Shown: in pieces, positions 36,330-48,704 of the stretch
Layout: the number at the start of each line of letters is the position of its first letter
Position numbering within the stretch: the first letter of the stretch is position 1
Source of the DNA: Camelus dromedarius
Taxonomy: Eukaryota
Direction of reading: 5' to 3'
NCBI RefSeq assembly: GCF_036321535.1
Contig: NC_087440.1
Coordinates: 32,612,001 to 32,676,000 of the forward strand
Length of the DNA stretch: 64,000 nucleotides
Notes under the pieces: model-generated
Told to the model about the DNA's origin: nothing
Seen by the model: the letters and a program-made list of their open reading frames with translations, nothing else
Databases searched by the model: none
Program-made: the position numbers and the translations under genes

Positions 36330-37860
36330 CAGTTATTTTCAGGCATGAAGATGGATTTGAACCCATCTCATTGCCTCTGTTGAAATGTCCTCTCCTGGTT
36401 TCAATTCTACCCATATTTCAAGCTCAGTGAAGTCCCATCACCTTTCTCAAGCTTCAGGTCAGTTCCATTCTCTTCTCAACTTCGTAAGAACTGTCTGTGT
36501 CCTTCTTGGGCACCTGATCAGACACAGTCGTGGGCAACTCTTCTACCTCATTTCTTCACCTGTAGGTGCAGTGACTTCCTAGCTGGATTGTAAATTCCGA
36601 GACGGGCCCCTTTCACTCTGTTGACCATTCCCTAAGTCTTCAAAATCTTCCTCTTGACTTGGGTCTCCTGCTTGTTTACTCTCTTCTGAGATCTTGCAAA
36701 TGCTGTAATTCCAGGGATCTGTCCTTGGCCCTCTTCTCTTTCTCACTCTGCAGACCCTTCCTGGCACAGTTGTACTCAGCTCATGGCTTCAGTGACCAAA
36801 CTTCTCTCTCTTTCTGGGTTGGGCTGCTGAGGCTGCAGACCCAGACCCATGTTTTCTTACTGGACGACTCCAGGTGAGTGATCCAAAGTCACCCTGAATT
36901 CAGTATGTATATACCTGACCCACTGTCACCTGCTTTCCCTTTGGAGCCCCCTGCTCAGCTGTCACACCTGTTTTCCCTTTGGGGCCCCCTGCTCAGTGAA
37001 TAACCCCACTATCTGCCCAGCGTGCTCCCCCATTCAGAAACCTGGGAGTCCAGTCCAGATTCCTCCCTCACCTTTACCACATACGACAGGTCACCTCCTA
37101 TCCAGCTCTCTACTCTTGGCCCTCGGCCACCTTCATCGTCTCTGTATTGTCCAGTCCCTCTTGCCCTCAGAGTTACAGCAGTAGCCTTTTGTTGTCCCGT
37201 GCCCTCACCACCTTTTCTGGTCCATCTTCCACATGCTTCCATACTAAACTTTTTTTAAATTTATTTAACTGTAATCGATGTATGGGGTTGTGTTAGCTTC
37301 AGGTTATTTTCACGGTTGGTTATTATCAGATATTGAATGTAGTTCCCTCATAGTAAACTTTTAAGTAGGCAAATCCGATACCATCTGCTCACTAATTCCA
37401 AGGTAAAGTTGAGACTTCTGCCCTGCCTCTCTCTCAGCTCATCTCTTAGAAGCCCATCCATTTTCCCTCCTCCCTAGCATTCCCTAATCCTACGTCTTGC
37501 CAGATTACCTAAATGTTCACAGATGTGTCATGTTTCTTTTACTTACATGCTTTCATGCTGACTGCTACCTCTGCCTGACCTCTGCTCTCATTTCAGCCTC
37601 CCCACTTACTCCTGTGCTTCAGTACCCTTCAGACCGCTCTCCTAGGAAACTCTGTCATGTCTAGCCTGCCCTGTACCATAGGTTCCCCCAGCATACACAT
37701 TACCTTGTGTCTGTTTCAGATGGTGCATTTATTACGATGCCTGTAATTGTTGGGTATCTAGTGTGCCCTCCTTGAGGGCAGGGACTGTGCCTCTCTCATT
37801 TATGTATCTCCAATCCATGATACACAGGAGACACTCAGTAAATACTGGCTGACATAGAGA
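36330..37860 (+). mobile_element. L2 LINE fragment(s), interrupted by a tiny L1 piece
   Basis: Pyrimidine-rich L2 text (ctcatggcttcagtgacc; cagaaacctgggagtc; cttgagggcagggactgtgcc; actcagtaaatactggctga). Confidence 0.7.
37255..37348 (-). mobile_element. ~95-nt L1 3' terminal fragment (artiodactyl-type) with 15-nt TSD
   Basis: ttgtgttagcttcagg...ttattatcagatattgaatgtagttccc, flanked by catactaaacttttt (37240-37254) and catagtaaacttttt (37349-37363), the latter followed by AA (TTTT/AA endonuclease site). Confidence 0.75.
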
Positions 37861-38917
37861 CAGGAGGTATATATCATCCTTCTAATGCTTTCTCCATGGC
37901 TTAGCAGAGGGTTGGACACATGATTGATGCTGCTACATGATCTAACTAGGTTCTGAAATTCTAAACTTGCCAAATGACTAAGGATTTATTTAGTCTGTGT
38001 CTAATGAAGCCAACTATCTCATCTAGAGATTGTGCCAGGAATTCAATGAATTAAGTCAACAACAAAATGCAGAAAGGGGAATGCTATTGCTATAGTAAAA
38101 GTAAAGGGAGAGCTTATTAAAAAAAATCTGTTGTGCTTATTAGCCTTAAAATAAAGAACTTTAAGGTATAAAAATAATAGAAGTTAAACAGCTTCGTAAA
38201 TCCAATGCAGAAATAACAGCTGCCTGAACACTTACTACGGTCTAGGCACTTACTAAAGTCTGCTGCTCACAACAACCTTATGTGTTGGGCATGTCACTGA
38301 TCCCATTTTTACAGATGGGAGCACCAATGAACACAGAGAGGGTTGGCAGTGCACCAGGGATCACACAGGAAGTGAACAGCAGAGCCAGGTTCTGAACCCA
38401 GGCAGCCCAGCCGCAGAGCCAGTTCTCTGACGCACTGTTTCATTGGCTCTCCGTGGGAATTCTCTTGTGTTGAGATTAATGACAGTCTGCATTAACTATA
38501 TGGAATGACTTCAGTGTACTAGTTCCTAAAGCATTTCTTTAAATCACAACACAAACGAACACATCTTGTCATTATTACAAGCTAAAAAAACTTACTATAG
38601 AAAATTTAGAATACATTTTACTATAAAAAGGCAATAAAATTGTATAATACTCAATTGCTTAGTGATAACCATATTTACATTTATGGTACCTTTCATTCCA
38701 GTAAATTTTCTAAAACAACGTTGAGACCATACTGTATTTATTTAGTACTATGTCCTATTGTGGGTACTTTCCCATGTCATGAAGACTTCTTTGAAAATAC
38801 TGTTTATAAATGGCTACATGACACTTGTAATTTTTTCAGTTAGTTCCCTTTTAGAGATATTGGGTGTGTGTCCAAAAGTGTTTGGTCATTAGTTCTTTCT
38901 TTCCTTCCTCCTGGCCT

Positions 38918-40726
38918 TATTTATTTAGGTAGCACTGGCTTTCATCATGTTTCCTGTGTACACCACTCTATTTCGACTTCTGTATACACTGTAGTGTGCT
39001 CACCACCAAGTTTAGTTTCCATCTGTCACCGTACAGTTGACCCCCCTTCATCCAGTTCATCCTCCCTCAACCTCCTCTTTCTCTGGTAGCCACTACTGTG
39101 TCTCTGCATCTGTGTGGGTTTTTTTTTAATTTTAATTAAAAATATTCCACATGAGTGAAATCATACTGTATTTTGTCTCTCCTTGACTATTTCACTTCAT
39201 ATAATACTCTCAAGGTCCATCTGTGTTGTCACAAATGGCACCATTTCATCATTTTTTATGGCTGAGTTCCGTTGCCTGTCTGTCTGTCTCTCTCTATATA
39301 AATACCATATTTTCTTTATCCATTCATCCATCAGTAGGCTCTTAGGTTGTTTCCATATCTTGGCCTCTGTAATTAATGCTGCAGTGAACATAGAGGTGCA
39401 AATATCTTTTTGAATTAGTATTTTCATATTCTTCAATAAATCCCCAGAAGTGGAAGAGCTGGATCATATAGTTCTTAATTTTTTGAGGAATCTCCATACT
39501 GTTTTCCATAGTGGCTGCATCAATTTACATTCCCAGTAACAGTGCATGTGGGTTTCCTTTCCTCTACACCCCCCCCCCAACACTTGTTATTTCTTATCTT
39601 TTTGGAAAATAACCATTTTAATGGGTATGAGGTAATATCTCATTGTGGTTTTAATTTAAATTTCCCTAATGACTAGCAGAATTAAGAAAACAATCCAATT
39701 TACCCTGGCAACAAAAAGAATAAAATACCTAGGATTAAATTTAACAAAGGAGGTAAAAGATCTATACATTGAAAACTGTAAGACACTGTTGAAAGAAGTT
39801 GAACACTGTTGAAAGAAGTTGAAGAAGACACAAAGATATTCTTTGCCCATGGATTGGAAGAATTAACATTGTTAAAATGTCCCTATTACTAAAGGNNNNN
39901 NNNNNNNNNNNNNNNNNNNNNNNNNNNNNNNNNNNNNNNNNNNNNNNNNNNNNNNNNNNNNNNNNNNNNNNNNNNNNNNNNNNNNNNNNNNNNNNNNNNN
40001 NNNNNNNNNNNNNNNNNNNNNNNNNNNNNNNNNNNNNNNNNNNNNNNNNNNNNNNNNNNNNTTAGACTGCAAAGCCATAGTAATCCAAACAGTATGGTAC
40101 TGGCGGAAAAACAGGCGTACCGATCACTGGTACTGAATTGAGAGCCCGGAAACAAATTTACACATACACGAACAATTAATCTGCAACAAGGGAGCAACGA
40201 ATATGCAGTAGAGAAATGACAGTCTCTTCAATAAATGGCGCTGGGAAAACTAGACAGCCACATGCCAGAGAATGAAACTAGACCACGATCTTACACCATA
40301 CACAAAAATCAACTCAAAATGGGTTAAAAACTTGAATGTAAGACCTGAAACCATACAACTGCTAGAAGAAAACACAGGCAGTACACTCTTTGACCTTGGC
40401 CTTAGCAGTATCTTTCTTGATATGTCTTTGCAGGCAAGGGAAATAAAAGCGAAATTAAACAGATGGGACTACATGAAGCTAAAAAACTTGTGCACAGCAA
40501 AGAAAGCCATCAACAAAACAAAAAGACAACTTAATGAATGGGCAAAGATATCTGCAAATCATATATCTGATAAGGGGTTAATATAGAAAATATATTTGAA
40601 ACAACTTAGTAACAGTAAAAAATGAAAAAATGAGCAGAGGATCTGAATAGACATTTTTCCAAAGAAGACATACAGATGGCCAACAGGTACATGAAAAGAT
40701 GTTCACGATCACTAATCATTAGGAAA
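38918..40726 (-). mobile_element. 5'-truncated L1 with internal inversion (3' part on minus 38918-39676; inverted ORF2 part on plus 39677-40726)
   Basis: The minus arm holds the ORF2 C-terminus (KDICTSMFTAALITEAKIWKQPK) and 3' UTR. The plus arm reads IKYLGLNLTKEVKDLY...KLDHDLTPYTKINSKWVKNLNVRPETI...[11 protein letters not shown]. Confidence 0.9.
39896..40060. other. Assembly gap (165 N) inside L1 ORF2
   Basis: Counted directly. Both flanks are collinear L1 ORF2. Confidence 0.99.
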
Positions 40727-40799
40727 GTTTTACTTTTTAGAGTGAGGCTACGGTTTCTTTCTTGCATTTACATGCACACACACACAATCTTTGTCCACA

Positions 40800-40950
40800 T
40801 CTCTGATAATTCTTAGAGGTTAAACTGCTGATTCAAAGGACATACAGGAGAAGCTCCTGTGCTTGGGACCCTTCTAGTCCTTACTCCATGCACCTCTTCG
40901 TCTGGATGTTTATTTGTATCCTTTATAATAAACTGGTAAACACAAGACAC
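40800..40950 (+). mobile_element. MER21C-like LTR fragment
   Basis: gctcctgtgcttgggacccttctag...ctcttcgtctggatgtttatttgtatcctttataataaactggtaaac matches the recalled MER21 3' part. Confidence 0.65.
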
Positions 40951-43456
40951 AAAAAAGGACCTAACATTTTTGAGGTTCTTGGCGCATGCTAAAAATTGCT
41001 TCCCTGAAAGACTCATTCAATGTTCAAAACTCCTCATTTGAGTGCCCACAATGTGCCAGGCAGTGTTGTGTTGACACACTGGCAGAATGATGCTGAGGGA
41101 GTGATTTAACTGCTCTAATCTTTGGTTTCCTTGACTGTATCATCCACCTCACATGGCTGTTGGGGACATGAAGATAAGGATTAATACAAAGTGCCTGCAG
41201 GTGCTCAGTAGCTGTTTGTCCCTTCACCTCCCTAAGATCACATCTGTTCTCCAGAAATTTTGGAAAAATTGCACAGCCCCACCCAGTTCCTTTGCATGTC
41301 TATTTCTCTTTTTATCCTGGGGCCAAGTGTCTTGAGGCTCCCAGGAGACACTCAGATCTTTGTATACCTGCTGTGTGCAGTTTGGTGTGCTGCTCAGAGA
41401 GAGCGGAACACACGCTTATTAAATCAAGGTATGCTTTGTTAAGCAGAATGCGTAACTCAAAAGTTGGGGCCCATCATATTGTGCTCAGTTAAAGCTGGAA
41501 ATAAAACAGTCTCCTGAGGCAGACAGAACAGTAATTCTCTCTAAATAGGCAGGAAGCATATTAATACCCAAATTTATTCAAGCAGTCTGAAAAGAGGCTG
41601 TCAGCCACTGCAAATAAAGTCAACTACCTTTTGAATTATAGTCTCTGAGGACAGAGCAGGGACCAGTCTTACTTCATTGATGTTACATTCACATTGGCTC
41701 TACTCAATATGTGCTTTTAAAAAAATTATGTTGGCATCTTTTACATTAAGTGATTGAGAAGGTTTTACTGAGAGCAATTTGAGATAATGCTATAGCATTG
41801 TATTCAGTCACTGAAGACAATTAAAAGAAATCTGAATGTATAGGAAAATGAGGGAAGGAGAGTAAGATATATTGAAAAGTGACAAGAGAAAGAAGAGGAA
41901 AGATTTTTTTAGAAGCACACAAACCATGCCAACAACTATAAACATTGTTTGGTTTTTTTAATATCTCCCTAGCGTTCAGGTTGTATCTTGGTAATCAAAA
42001 TTTCTAATTCTATGGCTAGTAAAGAGGCAATTTAAACAATTTCAGTAGCTACTTCCTATATCAAATATATATGTAGATATTTGAAATGCAGAATACTCAT
42101 TTGGAGAAAAGTAGAAAAATCACCTAAAGATAGGCGATTGATCAAACTTTGCCAGTCTGTACTCAGTGCTGAGGAAACATGGTCATTGCAGGGCGCTCTT
42201 TAAAACTGAAATCTGGTAATAGTTTTGTGTGGACTACTTGTATTCTGCAATCAACCACTTAGGAATAACTGTACAATAAAGCCCCATTTTTCCAAACTAA
42301 CTTAAAGAAAGACCAGTTGTGGGGGAAAAAAATTTAGGTTTTAATATAATAAACTCAAAAAAGTTGGCAGGGAGATCTATTATATGAAACCTGTTAATAG
42401 GCCAGGAACATCAGTAACTCTCATATTGTATTCCCAAAGTATTCAATGATAATTTATTCCTTGAATAGATTAAATAGTCCGTATTCTATTCTTGTCTATA
42501 GTATTAATTTTTTTAAAGCACAACTATTTTCATGGGTACGTAAGGTTCACTTAAGTCTGGTCCAGTACTGGAAACAAATTAATTTTATTGGATACAAATC
42601 TATGGGATTCATCCAAGATGTTTTTTTCTTTCCTTTTTCTGCTTCCAATTTTCATTGCTCAGGTCTCTATCACTAGGGGCCATTTTAGCAAAAGAAAAGA
42701 AAAGTCCCATGGAAACTTGGTTCCCAGACCGCAGGGTCCCTTCTCAGTCCTAAAGGCGCTCGGAACCACTAACACGCAGTGCTGCGTCCCAGCGTGAGCA
42801 GGCACCTCCTCCCCAGATGGTGGTAATTCGGTTGCATGGTAATCGTGATGCTTCCAGGGAGTTGCTGCTTAGGACTGTGTCTGCATTAAACATTTTATAA
42901 ATGAATAATTTAAGTAAGAATGGTGATATTAACTTCTGCAAACAGTGATTAAATGCAGAGGCCTACCGGGTGAAATAAGTTGGTTCTTAATTCACAGACT
43001 CCATTAATTCTCTGAGAGCTTGGGTAAATTACCAGGTTCTTTCTACATTACATGGACTAATCAATACTAATCACACAGCTGCATCTCAGTGTTGGACAAT
43101 CTCTAGGATTCCCTTTTGAGATAGGAGATTCTTCCAAAAGGTTAAATTTCACTTGTACTTTTGCTGTAGTGACTAATCAGATAAATTCTGTTACAAACCT
43201 AGGTTATGTTAGATCAAGCCTTTCCAAAAGGAAGAGTTGTTAACCCATGCTGGGCACGGATGCGGTGCGAACATCAGCCAGTCACTCACAGAGACAGCTG
43301 CAGTTCGCTGAATGGTTACTGTGTGCTGGTGCCGTGGGAACTCGTCAAATCCCTCAGAGGAACCTATTCTTAACCTACTTTACAATTAAGGAAACAAGTG
43401 CTCAGAGAGGGGAGATAGCTTGCCCAAGGTCACCCAGATCTTGACCTCAAAGCTCT

Positions 43457-43591
43457 TTTTTAAAAACCATTTTTAAATAAAAATTGTATACATATAAGGA
43501 ATACAAGATGCTGATTTTATATACATGTAAATAGTGAAGTGATCATTACAATCAAGTTAGTTAACATAGCCATCTCCTTATATAGCTGCCA

Positions 43592-43624
<33 letters not shown>

Positions 43625-43874
43625 GAGAGCACCTGAAATCACTCTTTAAGCAAACTCCCCGTGTTCAATACAGTGTTATTAACTACAGTCATCATGCCGT
43701 GCATTAGCTCTGTGGACTTCCTCATCTTACATAGCTTCACCTTTGTACTCGGGACCAGCACCTTCCCATTTCCCCCACCTCCCTGCCTTGGTGGCAAGAC
43801 ACAGAAAGAAAAAACCCTGCATGATCTCACTTATATATGGAATCAACAAAAGTCGAATACATAGAAGCTGAGAG
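43457..43874 (-). mobile_element. Short L1 3' end (L1MA-type) with internal inversion and perfect 16-nt TSD
   Basis: TSD ttgacctcaaagctct at 43441-43456 and 43875-43890. The minus arm is ~43457-43795 and the plus arm ~43796-43874. Confidence 0.92.
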
Positions 43875-45164
43875 TTGACCTCAAAGCTCTGAATGACTGT
43901 GTCAGCATTTCCCAAAGTGGTCCTGTGGTTTAACAAAGTGCTACATAGAAAACTCAATTCTGTAGTAAATGGCTTTACGAAATGGCTTTCTAGCTGGCTC
44001 CTTAATGCAGAACTTTAGAAAACCCTGAATATATGAATGTAAACTGTTAATCAAAAAGTGGTAGAGGTGGAAGCAGGAAAGCTCTGTGAGCAGAATTTCC
44101 CAAACATGTTTATTCCCAGATAATCTCCTTTTGCAGAGATGATTTTAGTAGGCTGGATTTCTGCAGAATCTGTTTTGGGAAATGCTACAATAAACTATAC
44201 TGACTCCTAAGTTAAAGAAGGAAAAATAAATAAATCCAGGCTGTCCTCATCAACTAAGCAACAGATGGACAAGTCATGTAATTACATTAAAAAGGCTTGC
44301 TTTATAGAGGCAGCAGAACAGATATAGCATGCTGAGTGGCAGGTCCAGAATTATCTTTTGTCTTAAGTTGGTGGCTAATTTCAGGGACCATGAAATTTGT
44401 TTGTTGCCTGCAGCTGGATGACAAAGAAAAATGGACTCAGCGCTCAGGAGCACTTTGTAAACCCATAAACTCAAAAGTCCACTTGAAGGAGACCTTGAAG
44501 TTATCTATTGCTGGCGTTACCAAAGGAAGAAGAACAGACCATTCTATTAAGCAAATCTCTTCTGCTGGTGACGTTAAAATAATTTAGTGGAACCTCGGCC
44601 ATTCCCAAGTCACAGGAATGTGCCATAGCCAAGGACTCAGCCCCTCCCTGTTCCATAAAAGGTATGAGTTCATACTATGCTGTCAAATCACTGTCCCAAT
44701 ATTTTCAACAGCAGGGGTCAAACATTTAGGATTTTATTCATGTCCTTTAAACACTTAAACTTGAGATATGTAGAGAAATCCACCAGTCTCCTTCAGTATT
44801 CATTTAAACTTGGTCCTTATGAAGATGTTCTGAGTCACAGGGCATCAGGAGAATGAATTCAAGGACACTTCTTTTGGTTCTCTTTTATTCAGAGAATATC
44901 AGGCTCTCAGAAGGGTGGCTGAAATGCAGCTGCAGAGAGGGAACCCTTGTTCTAAAGTTAACAACCTAAAATAGCTCTAAACTTGGTAAAATGGATTTTG
45001 TTCTCTGTCTTTGGTATATATGGCAATAAACCGGCTATGATCTGCTCTGCTTTTTATTACAGTTGGAAGCGAGTGCCTTTTACCATAAAAACCACAGTTT
45101 CAAGTCCTGATAGATACAATCTGAAAACCCTCCACAGTGCTACTAGCCAAAACAAATTCTGTTC

Positions 45165-45350
45165 AACATGTGAAGCTTGGTACTTGCTGGCTGTGTGACC
45201 TTGAACAAATACCTTGCCCTCTGTTTCCTCACCAGTCATGGAGTTGGTCTAGAACCTACCTCGTAAGGATGTGAAGAATAAATGAAGTTGTCCAAATGGA
45301 GTACTTAGTATAGTGTTGGGCACACGGCAGACACTAAACTTTAGCCATTA
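45165..45350 (+). mobile_element. MIR SINE
   Basis: tacttgctggctgtgtgaccttgaacaaatacc...ctctgtttcctcacc...aacctacctcgtaaggatgtgaag...gttgggcacac. Confidence 0.75.
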
Positions 45351-47060
45351 CTGAAAAAAGAAACTTCAGGTATTTGGCACTAAAGTGTCTTTCTGTTAAG
45401 CTTTCCATTTAAGCTCATCTTTCCTTCCCTACTCTCTCACTCACCATGAACGTTCTTGAAGGAAGAGTCTACTCCTACTGTGACCTCTCATGCTCCCAGG
45501 CACCTTGAACTTTCAGTGCTGTGGCTTCCACCCCAATCTCCTAACATGGTCTCTCAAGCTCACCAATGACCTGTCAAGTCTATTGCCTAATTTAAGTTTC
45601 TTCCACTTGGCCATGGGACCACAAGTGGACTGACTATTCCTTTTTAAAAGTGGCTTTCTCCCTGGGCTTCCATGGCACACCATTTCTTGATTCTCTCCCC
45701 ACCTCTCCCCATCACTTTGATTCTTCCCTGTCAGTTTCATTCCTTTCTTGGCTGGGGTAAGAGGTCGGAGAGGTCTGGGTTTGAGTGCGTCTCTGCTGCG
45801 TACTAGGTGTGTGACCTCAGGTTAACTTCTTAATCTCTATGAGCCTGTGTTTTCTCATCAGCCTCAAGGTGATAAAAACAGTACCTCTTTTTCAGAGTTT
45901 GTTTTGAGAATTAAATAAAATATGTATTTAGCCTAGCATTTGTAGTGCAGTCTGAACTCATACCTACTGTGGCATTAGTAATATCTGTCATTCAGCACAT
46001 TTACTGTGGAATAAACAGGGGCCAGATACTATCTATATTTGTCTGCTTCTCAACCTTTACTGTAACATTAGCCCATTCTTTCCCTCCTCACCCTCTATGT
46101 GACCCTTTATTCCTCTTCCTCCTGAATTTACTGTGTTAGTTAGTGGCCCTCTGTCCACCCAGCATCCTACATTCAGTTCACCTTTAACTGTTAACTCTCC
46201 ATCATACCCTGCATCCAAGTGTTGATGCAGTCCAGGGCATTTATCTCAGCTACAGTCAACTGAACTGGGTCCTTCCTAATCAAGTGCCAAGCTACTCATT
46301 TGCCACACCCAACAAACTCCAGTCTCTATCTACTGCCTAATTTTTTCCTTGACAAATTTTAGAAAATTGTTAAATTTTGATCAGTCTCTTTCTGTAGGTA
46401 GAGTATGTAATAAATGAATTTGTAAATAAATCAGTGTGAATAACAAGGAATGCTATGTCCAGCTCTGTCCCTAACGGTGTCCAAACATTAACAGATTTTG
46501 GTGGCCAACCCTGTTTTCTGCTAGAAGAAAGCAAAGTTCTTCGGAAAGCAGTGGGTTCCATACCTTGGGGCAAAGAAAACTCAGAACGGCCTGACATATT
46601 TTATTGCCAGACAACAAAGATATTAAAGATACCTTCAGAGATGGTAGGGATAGCACCCAAAGAGAAGCCAGTTTAAAGCAGGTACTACTAGATAAGTTGT
46701 ATATCCACTGTGATGTTAGAACATCGATAGCAATAAAAGTCGTAACAGTGAAGAGGATAACAATTATAATAATTTTATATAACTTTGTTGCAGCCATAAC
46801 TGGTTAATGTTGAGTTAATAGAAAATGTACAAAAATGAAGTTGAAATCCAAAACAAGATTAACTATAACCAGATGCTTAATTTTTATTTGATTGCTGTTA
46901 ATATGTAAAGATTATTAAAATACTTAGATGTTTTATTTCTTTTATGTATCTATCTATATGTGAAAGTATTACTTGTTTCTATCTGTGCCAGTAGCAGTAG
47001 GTAAATACAGGAAACTGAGAGTAAGCTAAGGCATTTCAGAAAGAATAGAAACTGTTCCAG

Positions 47061-47570
47061 CCTAAATGTCCATCAACTGATGACTGAATAAATATGATGT
47101 ATTTTTATACAATGGAATACTATTCAGCCATAAAAATGGACAACACAACGCCATTTGCAGCAACATGGATGCTCCTGGAGAATGTCATTCTAAGTGAAGT
47201 AAGCCAGAAAGAGAAAGAAAAATATCATATGAGATTGCTCATATGCAGAATCTAAAAAACAAAACAAAACAAAACATAAATACAAAACAGAAACAGACTC
47301 ATAGACATAGAATACAAACTTGTGGTTGCCAGGGGGATGGGAGGTGGGAAGGGACAGACTGGGATTTCAAAAAGTAGAATAGATAAACAAGATTGTACTG
47401 CGTAGCACAGGGAAATATATACAGGATCTTGTGGTGGCTCACAGTGAAAGAGAATGTGACAATGTATGTATGTTCACGTGTAACTGAAAAATTGTGCTCT
47501 ACACTGGAATTTGGCGCAACATTGTAAAATGACTATGACTCAATAAAAAAAATGGTTTTTTTTTTTAAAA
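47061..47570 (+). mobile_element. Young, probably camelid-lineage L1 3' end (~510 nt) with 21-nt TSD
   Basis: ORF2 end plus 3' UTR (cctaaatgtccatc...gccatttgcagcaacatggatg...acattgtaaaatgactat...caataaaa). TSD aaagaatagaaactgttccag (47040-47060) / aaagaatagaaaccgttccag (47571-47591). Confidence 0.92.
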
Positions 47571-48678
47571 AAAGAATAGAAACCGTTCCAGAAAGGATTG
47601 AAAGGTGTCAGTGGTCAGTGTGTTCTCTTCTCTAGAAATTTGGCTGTCTGTTGACACTAGATCACATTTGCCAGAAGAAACCCCTAGATAACTTGACCAA
47701 TGATGACAAGATACATACCAGATCAGTGTATAATGACATGGTGGAGGATTATATAATGCCGGCCCAGCCAAGCAAAGGATACATCCCAGACAGACTCATG
47801 TAAAAACCATGGGCTTAACATAAGTGCGACTGATGTGAAACGAAGTCCAGTTACAGAAAGGGCCCAGTTAGATATCCAGGGACTCAGGCTGGAATCACTT
47901 TGGGAGACAGTATCATCAGGCTGTGTCCCATTGAAAACAAATTGTTTGGCAACCCGATTCCTCTAGACTCAGGAAATGTGGAAATAAGCGCTTTGGTTAC
48001 ATTTGGAAGATCTATGAAGAAGTAAAGAAGTAGCGAAGACATATATTAATAAACTCATGGTGTTGCTAGCTCATAACAGGTTTAAATATAATATTCTTTT
48101 AAGTATTGTAATTGTTATTTTTGCATATGTCTTATCTGTTTAAAGTATCTAAAGTATTCAGAATAATCAGTCCTGTTAGATTGTGATGAAGAACATTTAA
48201 AAGCTTAAGAAAATCTGATTTTCCAAGTTTTGTTTAGTAGAAATATTTAATAAATTAAGCATGAAACAAAGTGAAAAAAGTATTTCCTCTCCATGCACAA
48301 AGTCCTACCAATCTTCAAGGAACATAAACAGTATCTTCAAGCATGCTCTCTCTCCCTGCCCTGAGCCTCTGCACACTCTGGCTATTATTCAACTTGTGAT
48401 GCACTTTCCTTCCTTGACTACCTGGTAATTCACACCCATCAGAGGTCACCCCGTCTTTTCCACATTTCCCTGCTAGTTTGTTTATTCATTGAAATGGTTT
48501 CTGGTCATCTTACTTGCCACAGGCAAAGGAGCAGGCTGAGAACACAGTCCTAGGTAAAGTCGACAAGCTCCCCTAACACACTGTCCTCACCTCCATGCCA
48601 GGCCAGGAGCTTGTCTCAAGAGGCACATCATGTATAGGTTCAAACAACGTATGGGTAGGTGTGTATGTGTTACGCATA

Positions 48679-48704
48679 CACACACACACACACACACACA
48701 CACA
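48679..48704. repeat. (CA)13 microsatellite
   Basis: Counted directly. Confidence 0.95.

Noticed and set aside
40272-40586. 104-aa ORF as a cellular gene
   Set aside because: It is a clear L1 ORF2 C-terminal fragment in a truncated, inverted element.
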